From Rhodosorus marinus CCMP1338 (taxonomy: Eukaryota > Plantae > Rhodophyta): 41,280 bases of DNA. The position numbers and the translations under genes were made by a program. Shown here one piece after another: positions 32,040 through 40,799 of the stretch (its first letter is position 1; each line of letters starts with the position of its first letter). The notes below the pieces were generated by a model. That model searched no databases, had not been told where the DNA came from, and saw nothing but the letters and a program-made list of their open reading frames with translations. The stretch spans positions 1-41,280 of the forward strand of contig JAMWBK010000015.1 of NCBI GenBank assembly GCA_029953675.1, in the 5' to 3' direction.

Positions 32040-33756
32040 GGAAGACGTGCCACAATCGACAGGAGGCCCTCATCAGCGGCTTTCCTGGGATCCCATCGGC
32101 GCTTAAGAGTGGTGTTGTTAGTGTTGTGCAGTGATTCCAGGGCCTCCACCAACTCGTCTGGTAAGTCACCTGCCGCAGGTTCTCGGAAGATTCCTTGGAG
32201 TTGGCGCCAGGTAGTCTCGGTGAAAGGAGCCATTTCCGTTGCCTGTAGTCGACGAGCAGCGTCCGAGAGGCGACCGAGATGTGCCAGTTTCAGGGCTTGT
32301 TTCTTGCGTCCTAAAGCTTGGCGGCGAGTCGCTTCGGTTCCCGGTGGGGCAGTATTCTGCTGCAGTAGGGACGCCCTGTCTTCAAGCGCGGTCCAGACAG
32401 TATGGAATTCTCCTTCAAGCACATGTGTGACCTGAATACCGATGTCAAGTGCAGAACGTCCTAGCACCAGGTCTGGAGGTCCGACAAGAAGCAGACTGGC
32501 GTTGGCGGGTGCAGCTGTGTCCATGGAAATCTCAAGAGCTGCGCGAAGATGGTGGCTCCAGGTATTGACGTGGGCACGGGGCACAAAGCGCCGGGTGGGT
32601 ACCGGGCAGTGTGTTAGGCGCGTCCAGTGCCTTCCTCCTGTCGTAACCTCGTCAACGAAGTCGGTCCAACGTTTGATCCAGGCTTGTCGCTCCGAGAAGA
32701 ACAGAGGCTCGTCGCGTCTTCGTTTGATTCCCCATTGTCGTCTGGGCATTATTGCGTAGGTGCTTCCTGGCTGTCCTATGTGTCCATCGCGTGAGGGGTG
32801 GCAGTGTGGTCGGTCTGTGGTGCAGTGTTGCCCTGTGGAACCTCTACGGCTGCCGGAGTCATCTCGGTATCCTGGCCTGTGCCATCAGTGGATACTCGCG
32901 ACCGCTTGTGTTGAGGAGGCTCGGGCAGGTTGTAGGGGAGCTCTGTGTGAGGGTTATCCTCGGGTGCATCTTCTTCAGGTACTTAGGCTAGGGGACTACC
33001 CGGAGCGTGACTGTCCCACGGGCTGCCTGTGCGTCCCCTGTAAGGGACGAGGCTTCAGAGTCTACGTTCGTGGCGGCTGCAGACGCTGGGGGTTCCGCAC
33101 TCTCCCCGGGTACCGTTGGAGTACGTTGTCTGGCTTGTAGGGCTCCTAGTCTGCTCTCCAGGTACTCGTGTATCGCTGCGAGAGTGTTGAATGAGAGTTG
33201 CCTTCTGCGAAGCCTCGCGCGAATCCGGATAGTCTGTTCAATTGCCCGTTTCAGGGTCTGGGGCCCGATGTTCGCTGGGGCAATAAGCTGACGTTCGTTA
33301 TAGCCCAACAGGTTGTCTGTATCCAGTGCCTGGCCGGCAGTGTAGAGAGTCACTTGCCGATCGGGGTGTCTCTGGGTCAACGATCCGAAAATCCCTGTCC
33401 TGAAAACGCCCCTAGAGATGGCGCTCTGCAGAATCGGAATCGCGTCCGGATGGCATAGTAAGCACGCGTGGGAAGCGATGAAGTCCACGTGCGCCACATT
33501 AGAGCTCGGAATCCCCAAGACTCTGCAAAGAACCGTCGTGAAGTGCGATGGGGCTACCTCGTCCATCCGTGGCGGTCTTACATTCCTCAGGGTCGCCAGT
33601 ACCGGTTTGGTCTCAGGTCCCCAGGAGGACCCTCCCACTGTGGCCTGCAGCTGTCGCAGCGCGACCTGCTGGGACTGTGCGCCCGGGCATCGTCCTGCTG
33701 GTCGGATTGAGCCTCTGATTCTCGAGCGGGAGCATGTTGGACAGTGCGCTGAGCGT
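32040..33756 (-). mobile_element. Group A-related element, truncated at both ends (ORF1 3' half plus ORF2 N-terminus)
   Basis: ORF1 core NVAHVDFIASHACLLCH; tail with one frameshift and two stops; ORF2 from 32749 has PTRRFVP..W..LRAALEISMDTAAP, like PTRQFVP..W..KALELALDTSAP. Confidence 0.82.
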
Positions 33757-33761
33757 ACGTA

Positions 33762-33899
33762 ACCGTAAGCTTTACTGGGCAGCTGCCTACTGCAGCGCAA
33801 CACTACGTCTAATCCTATCTAGGGGGAAACTTACTGGAACCCCGCTACCGGGGTCTCATGCTACGTTCAAAAGAAAAAACAGGCACCAGCGGATTCTCC
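33762..33899 (-). mobile_element. ~140-bp group A 3'-tail-only insertion
   Basis: Matches 34612-34730; joined to a partial repeat (acgtaacc, 33757-33763). Confidence 0.75.
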
Positions 33900-33904
33900 G
33901 TAAC

Positions 33905-34594
33905 CCCGTAGCCTTTATTCGGCAGCTACCTACCGCAGCGCAACACCACTACTCTATGTTCGCTCTAAACTCACTTAGACCCCCTCGCCAGGGGTCTCAT
34001 CTAGTTCTACTCAAGGGAAACATTGTTCTATCTGCGCGATCTTTCTCGATCGCATGCTCAACTAGCCTAGCATTATGCTGCCACAGGATCCGGTTTAATT
34101 GACCCCTCACCGACGACAGATGGGAGTCACGATCACGCAGATTCGCCGTCCCTATGCGAAGAAATTCAAGGCTTGCCTGGCCCATTCGACCAAAAGTTTC
34201 AAAAATGAACGGCACAAAAACCACGTCTCGGTTTTCCACCGTCATCACTTCCTTATAATGCAACGCCTTCGCTTGTCCTGCTTGCTTCGCGGCATGCCCG
34301 CAACTCCAGCTCGTATGTCTCAACTGATGCCTTTGAAGTGGCGATGTTACCATCACGTCCACCACGTACACGCAAACCGCTCGTCGGGTACCGTGCTAGA
34401 TACATATCGGGTCGAATTCCGCACCCAGCAAAAGAACCCCTGAGGCTCTACTACTATCTCTGTGAAACTGCATAAGTGTAGCCATCGACTCAGTTCGACT
34501 TTCAGCTCATCGTGCCTCTTTGTTCGCATCCCCGATGACGTCCTGCAGTGGTGCAGCCGCTGGATCCCACGCACATCGTGTGGTTGCTCGCAGA
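33905..34594 (-). mobile_element. 5'-truncated group A element (CCHC plus RLE plus tail)
   Basis: RLHHCRTSSGMRTKRH, YVVDVMVTSP, VPFIFETFGRMG; tail joins ggggttacg at 33899-33907. Confidence 0.85.
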
Positions 34595-34612
34595 CCCCAG
34601 ACTGACATAACC
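34595..34612 (-). repeat. Degenerate telomere-like unit
   Basis: ccccagactgacataacc, two mismatches to ccccagactaacgtaacc. Confidence 0.7.
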
Positions 34613-34678
34613 GTAAAATTTACTGGGCAGCTGCCTGCTGCAGCGTATCACTAGTGCTAGTACTATCTAGGGAAAAAC

Positions 34679-35179
34679 CTACGCTAACCCCGCTACCGGG
34701 GGTCTCATGCTAATTTCGAAAAATAAAAAAGGGTCAGAAGGGGCGCTGTTATTAGGAAAGTAGATGGTTATCGTAGTGCTGAGAGCAGCTCCCGGCTCCG
34801 CATTCTGAACGACCGTTGCCGGCTCCGCACCCTGAACGACCGTTGCCGGCTCCGCACCCTGAACGACCGTTGCCGGCTCCGCACCCTGAACGACCGTTGC
34901 CGGCTCCGCACCCTGAACGACCGTTGCCGGCTCCGCACCCTGAACGACCGTTGCTGGCTCCGCACCCTGAACGACCGTTGCCGGCTCCGTACCCTGAACG
35001 ACCGTTGCCGGCTCCGCACCCTGAACGACCGTTGCCGGGCCAGCACTCGGAACGAATTTGTGACTGGCAACCTGAACGCCCGCCTGATTTTTCTCCGCAA
35101 GATGAACTTTCTCGATCAGCGGAACCGCCATCGTGAACCCTAGCACGGCGACAAGAATTAATGCGCTCAACTTCATCAT
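34679..35179 (-). CDS. Small secreted repeat protein, 166 aa, 9 x PATVVQGAE; C-terminus read from a group A tail
   Basis: Signal peptide MMKLSALILVAVLGFTMA; in-frame 27-bp repeats; last ~17 codons lie in sequence matching 33762-33880. Confidence 0.75.
   Translation of the reverse strand: MMKLSALILVAVLGFTMAVPLIEKVHLAEKNQAGVQVASHKFVPSAGPATVVQGAEPATVVQGTEPATVVQGAEPATVVQGAEPATVVQGAEPATVVQGAEPATVVQGAEPATVVQGAEPATVVQNAEPGAALSTTITIYFPNNSAPSDPFLFFEISMRPPVAGLA
34796..35038. repeat. 27-bp coding tandem repeat x9
   Basis: gaacgaccgttgccggctccgcaccct repeated with three point variants. Confidence 0.95.
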
Positions 35180-35474
35180 GTTCAATCCGCTCTCTCTGCA
35201 AGGATTAGACAACTTCGGCCGACCTTCTACAAGCTCGTTTACTCCCGTCGAAATTCAACCTGAGCTCTTATCACAATCCCCGCTTCTGGCAATGTACGAC
35301 TTGTCACATATCCCTCGACCAACACATCCCAATCCTCAGCAAGCATCGCTTTACTTATAACAAAAACAAAAAACCCCAGATCACATATCCTCGCAAAGAC
35401 CGTGGACGTTGTGAGCGGGCATTCCTGCAAGATGGCGAGAGCACTATGTGTACCTCGTTCCGTCAATAACAATG

Positions 35475-36350
35475 ACCTGAGTGACTACAACCTCCACGCG
35501 GTCAAAATCTATTGACTATAACCATCAGTGCTCACCGGGTGGAGAGTTTGGTCTCGCATTTGGAGTTTCTGATTTGTTCAGAAATGCGAGTAATTCTCGA
35601 ATCATGAGGCTGAGTGGTTATTTACCGTCTGCGGGAGAGCGCAGTGGAACTACCGCGGCAACGATGAGACGTCGCAAAGAAGTGAAATATGCGGGGGCCT
35701 GATCTTCCGCTGGAATACGAGCTTCGGCTTTCATCATACCTTGATACCTGTTTTGGTCATTGAGTGTTTTGGGTTTATTAACTCCGTTGGTTCTCGTTGG
35801 ATTCGGGATTTGTTCCACGAGTGCCGTGACCGTGTCTCCTCGTTGTTTACCCGTCCAAGTTTCCTGCAATAACCTGAGTGACTGCAACCTCCGCGCTGCC
35901 AAAAACTCCTGACTGTAACCATCAGTGCTCACCGGGTGGAGAGTTTGGTTCTCCCACTTGGAGTTTCTGATTTGCTCTAATTCTCGAATCGTCAGGCTAG
36001 TCGTTATTTACCGGCTGCGGGAGAGCGCAGTGGAACCACCGCGACAACGATGAGACGTCGCAAAGAAGTGAAATATGCTGCGGCCTGATCTTCCGCTGGA
36101 ATACGAGCTTCGGCTTTTCCTCATGCCCTGATACCTGTTTTGGTCATTGAATGTTTTGGGTTTATTGATTCCGCTGGTTCTCGTTGGATTCGGGAGTTGT
36201 TCCGGGAACGCCGTGACCGTTTCCCCTCGTTTTGTTCACCCGTCGAAGTTTCCTGCTGTGTCGCTGTTTCGCTGTTAGATCCTGGCAATCTTCACGGGAT
36301 CTAGTCTTTTTACCGCGGGGCTTTTTTTCTGTCCCAGATTATACAAATTA
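35475..36350 (+). mobile_element. Tandem pair (397-bp period) of degenerate group B RLE fragments
   Basis: YLPSAGERSGTTAATMRRRKEVKYAGA matches YLPAVGERRGSAADSMRRRKEIKYAGA; units start at 35475 and 35872; tail at 36300-36350. Confidence 0.75.
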
Positions 36351-36759
36351 CTCAATTTCCTGGCGCGATGTATTGTTTTTAATGAACTTATCCATAGCCT
36401 TGCGTCACTATGCCTTCTGCCATCGTATGCTGAGTGCTCCTTGGGGCATAGGGTTTACTGAAGTTTTGTAAAAACTGCAACACAAAGTGCAAAAATAAAG
36501 CTGAGATCAGCTGATGTGATTATGAGAAAACGCTGAGGCATTTAGGCTCGCGTTAAGAACGAATGGTTTTAATCGTTTAAGAAACGCATAATCAGTCATC
36601 ACATACAGGAACTATAAGGAGTTCGCTAGGAAAAAGGAAAAGTACCTCATACTAAAGCAAATCTGTTCATCCCTCCCGCCCCAAACAAAAAAACTGGTGG
36701 TTTTACTTCCATCCACTAAATTTCTGTTTCTAAGCGTGGCCACGGACAAATAAGTCTAT

Positions 36760-37500
36760 TAATAGACTTCGAGTCACGATAGAAAATTAGCGCGTTTGGA
36801 CGCCGTAGAATCTCTTTATTATTAACTAGTATGAAAGTCTCCGAAGCGTGGAGCCTACAGTCCCTCAGGTCATTTGCTATTGGCGGAACGAGGTACATTT
36901 CTGAAAGACGCACCTACTTAATTTCAATAGAAAATAAAATGAGTGGCAAAAAACTACGCTTTTACGTGCGTTAAGATCGCTCACCTCCAGCACCCAGTGT
37001 TCATACGTCTTACTCAGAAACCAGTCGGTGCTTCCTTGACGGAGAAATATACCCCGTTCCGCCAATAGCAATGACCAAAGTAACTACAACCTGCACGCTG
37101 CCTAAACGCACTTTCTGATGGTAAATAGACTCATTTGTGTAGGGAATAGCGATAAAAAAAAAGATGCTCAGCAATCTTGCTTTTCAATACTCGCTCAAAA
37201 GGTCGCCGATCTTTGCGAGGATACGTGGTATGGGGTTAAAGTAAAGCGATGCTTTCCGAAGACTGGGATGCGTTGGACGAGGGATATCTGACAAGTCGGA
37301 CATTTGGAATCACGCTAGAAAATTTGGGCGTTTGAACGCCGCAGAATCTTCTTATTATTAACCAGTATATCACTCAGGTCATTTGCTATTGGCGGAACGA
37401 GGTACATCTCTGGAAGAAGGCGCGTCTGCTTAATGTCAATAGAAAACAAAAGGAGGAGCAAAAACCGCCCTTTCTGATTGTAAATAGACTCATTCGGGTA
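36760..37500. repeat. Unclassified ~200-bp repeat in direct and inverted copies
   Basis: caggtcatttgctattggcggaacgaggtacat at 36867 and 37376; inverted partial copies near 37053 and 35452. Confidence 0.7.
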
Positions 37501-37504
37501 CGGC

Positions 37505-37827
37505 GTAGCGAGAAAAACATTTTCATTGGTGCTGGTGATGAGAACAGAATTAGCGCTTGGAAGCTCAAAGGTTCTTCAATGGAGGTTATCTCAGCTTCTT
37601 ACCTGGGCAGGTTCCAGAGTGGGTCTTCAGGGAGCAACTTTGGAGCTGTCATATTTAGTAAGGGTCTAGTGTGCGTGAGTGCCACTCTTGCTGAACGTGT
37701 CCAGGTTGTATTCTATCCTGGAGATATTTTTGGAATTGAAAATGTTTTTGTATGCCGGAGACCCCTGGACAGGGGTCCTGCAAGTGAGTTTAGCGCGACA
37801 CAGAGTAGTGGTATTGCCCTGCAGTAG
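37505..37827 (+). pseudogene. Host-like gene fragment fused to a group A 3' tail
   Basis: Open frame NIFIGAGDENRISAWKLKGSSMEVISASYLG..LVCVSATLAERVQVVFYPG runs into tail 37757-37855 (hairpin, gcagtaggtagctgcctaataaag). Confidence 0.5.
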
Positions 37828-38299
37828 GTAGCTGCCTAATAAAGTCCTATGGTGACAAGATGGGGAAGCAGTTCTGTGGAGATGGTGAAGCATCCTATAG
37901 AAGCGTCTAGAAAGCTTTAGCCCCTATCCCTCCGCTTATCCGTTAAACCTGAGAGTTCCAGCAGTATTTCGAACAGGACAAAGGGATAGAAGAGCTAGTT
38001 AAGCTCTCGACCCTTGCGGACCTCTTCTTCATGCCTGTTGCCCTACAGCTCCGTACTTTTACACGTCTTTCGACTGAGGTCTCGAGATGCTTCGAATCTG
38101 CGCGTACCACGATGACACGTAACATTGCTGGGCACCCCTGACACCCTGGCTCGGGAGAAGCTGACCGCGATCAAGCGGATTGCACGTCCGCGTCGGTTTG
38201 ACTGTAGGAAACAGAAAAATGCTCGCTTTCTCCCCCGAGGGACGTGTCGCTGGCCTCTCTGCCACCCACTCTGCGACTAATCAGCGAACAGTGAAGGGG

Positions 38300-38992
38300 G
38301 TTCGAACACCACGGCGTCGGATTGGGGACTGACTTAACTTTGTCCAAGCTTCACTGCGAGCGAGTTTTGGCACGGCACAAAGCAACTTACCGACGCCATT
38401 GCGAAGCACCTACCCGAGCAGCATACTGGAATCGGCCTGCCTTTGCTTTCCCACTTTTCGTGCCGGTCCCAGACTCAACTACTGAGTGGCGCAGCCTGCC
38501 TCCGAGCTTGGGGCTCGTGGATCACGGGCTCGCCAGCCACAGAGCGTCGGTGAGTCCGCGTTGTCGCTTCCATATCCAAGTCTATACACACTGGTGCGAG
38601 CTCCGGCAAGTGTTCCGTCCACCAGTTGCTTGGCAAGGCGTCGGTCATTTCGATGCACGATTAAAGGCATTCTCAAGGTCTGGGCGAAGGACCACCGAAT
38701 CGGAAGGTTCGCCGCTGACAAATGGGCCTGGATCGCGTGAAGGGAGCGTTCGCACCCGCCACTTACTCCAATACCCAGTTGTATGGGCACCCAGGAGCTC
38801 ACGCACCCTGTCCAATGTAACCGCGTGAAGAGTCCATTGCGTTGCTACCGCCTTGCCGCAAAACTTCTGGTACTCCGATAGGGCGGAACTCCGGGATGCT
38901 CCTGCGGCGGCACCTGAACCCTTGTTGCCGAGGCTTCGTGAAGACGGCAGGGAGTCGACTACTCCGCACGAAGGGCGCCGGGTCAGAGCCGG
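38300..38992 (-). mobile_element. Degenerate group A RT remnant
   Basis: VPIQLGIGVSGGCERSLHAIQAHLSA in ORF 38479-38802; heavily frameshifted. Confidence 0.7.
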
Positions 38993-39015
38993 TAACCCCC
39001 AGACTAACGTAACCC
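38993..39015 (-). repeat. Telomere-like repeat tract
   Basis: taacccccagactaacgtaaccc. Confidence 0.85.
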
Positions 39016-40765
39016 GGCGTAGCCTTTATTGGGCAGCTACCTAATGCTTGAGCGCATCCTGCACGATCACTACGTACGCACTAACCAAACCTGGGACTCC
39101 TGTCCCAGGAGTCTCATCTAAATTCTACTTAGGGGAAATACTATCGGTCTATCTGCGCGATCTTTCTCTCAGATCAGCGTGTTCAACAAGCGCAGCATTG
39201 TGCTGCCACAAAAATGCGGTTTTAGTTGACCCCTCACCGACGATAGATGGGAGTCCACGATCATGCAGGTGCGCGCTCGCCGTTCGAAGAAATTCAAGGC
39301 TTGCCTGGCCCATTCGACCAAATGTCTCAAAAATGAACGGCACGAAGAACCACATCTCGGTTTTGCCCCCTCAACGCACTTCACTTATAATGCAACGCCT
39401 TCGCTTGTTCGGCCTGTTTCGCAGCATACCCGCAGTTCCAGCTCGTATGTCTCAACTGATGCCTTTGAAGTGGCGATGTCACCATCATCATCCACCACGT
39501 ACACGCATCCGCTCGTCGGAGTGTCGTGCAACGATGTCTGGGCGAATTCCAGACCCCTTGGCAAAGAACCCCTCAGGCTCTACTTGTATCTCCGTGAAAC
39601 TCCATACAGGTGTAACCATCGACTCAGTTCTACCTTTAGCTCGTCGTGCCTCTTGGTTTCGCATCCCTGATGAGGTCCTGCACAGTGGTGCAGCCGCTGG
39701 ATCCCACGCACATCGTGTGGTTGCTCGCAGACCGTGCATGTGTGTGACCGCCCTAGATCCTTGCAGTGGTAGCCCTAGAAGCATCCGCATGCTCCACAAC
39801 ATCTCATTTCGCGTCAACTGCCGCGGCCCTGTACTAGGACAGTCGCGTAGCCAGACCCCGCACCCCGTTCCAGATGCCGATCGGATCCTCGCCCGGTCTA
39901 GGTCGTCCAGTGTTGAATCTCCAGTAAGCTCCTCAAAGGCTTGTCGGTGACACTCTCGAGAGAGCGTTTTTGGATCGGACCGTCAAACCCTTTGGGTACA
40001 CTCCTGTGTCTTCCGCTGTGCCTTCCGCCGAGGTCCTCCAGCGGTTGCCCGAAATCGGCCAGCCTCTGGATCCGCCTGCACTGGTCGTCGCTGGCAAACG
40101 TCCTCGTCTAATTGCGCGACTTGCCTCCACCGAGTTGCCAAGCAAGTCCATCAGTTCCATCAGTTGTCCATCCAAGTCGCACCCGTCGCAGCGATTCTCC
40201 TTGTGCTGCCGCAATACACTCCTGGGAAAGCCGTTCGAGGGTAGCGTGATTCAAGTGGTGTTCTCTTACAGGCTTTGTTTCCACACCTTACCTGCATGGA
40301 AGGCAACTGGTTGAATTCTCGTGCGCGTGGCCAAAGCCAAGTCCTCCCCCATCGACATGGGAGTCGAATCTGTTTCTCAACCGCTGCAGCCTTACGTGCG
40401 GTGATATCCTGGTGTTGACATAGGCCTCCACACAAGCCTTCAAGCTCCGAGAGGTGATCGCGTCCGCCTCGCGGAGCAACGGTACGTCCAAAGGGGGTAC
40501 GCCAGCCCACGTGTATGATAATCGAGCCTTGTGCCTGCGCAGTACCGAAGAGAGGGCCAGCTTGACTTGGAGTTCAGCATCGAGGAGTCGCTGAATCGAT
40601 TTTGACCAGGTTCGCATGTCGCGTTTGAATAGCTCGACATTCTTCTTCCGCATAAACACCGAGTTCCAATTGGTATGGAGTACAACGCGTAGTCCCGGCG
40701 CGAGTCACTTGAATCTCAGGGATATCCAGGTTAATCACCCTCGGCGTGTCCAGTCGTGGTGCGTA
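39016..40765 (-). mobile_element. 5'-truncated degenerate group A element (thumb, CCHC, RLE, tail)
   Basis: YSIPIGTR, QIRLPCRWG, MLLGLPL, RPDIVARH, VPFIFETFGRMG; close to 33905-34594; tail aataaaggctacgcc joins gggttacg. Confidence 0.85.
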
Positions 40766-40799
40766 TAGTCTGGGAATTAACCCCAGACTAACGTAACCC
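40766..40799. repeat. Telomere-like tract with an inverted partial unit
   Basis: tagtctggg-aattaa-ccccagactaacgtaaccc. Confidence 0.8.

Noticed and set aside
34796-35038. 27-bp repeat as CRISPR or non-coding satellite
   Set aside because: No spacers; in frame behind a signal peptide. Overlapping ORFs 34752-35201, 34768-35100 and 34816-35136 are alternative-frame shadows.
35372-35380. aaccccaga as a definite 5' boundary of the repeat-protein cassette
   Set aside because: Nine bases can occur by chance; kept only as a hint.
39667-39673. CTGATGA hammerhead core (also minus strand at 1750-1756 and the ATGAG-hairpin in group A tails)
   Set aside because: No correctly placed GAAA or flanking stems; the 39667 hit is antisense to coding sequence (RTSSGMR).
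39048-39950. 300-aa plus-strand ORF (likewise 25088-25777, 33007-33762, 19140-20051)
   Set aside because: Antisense to GC-rich retroelement coding sequence.
22955-40799. Recurring 16-nt repeat as a CRISPR array
   Set aside because: Units are directly tandem or separated by kilobases of retroelement; no uniform spacers and no cas genes.
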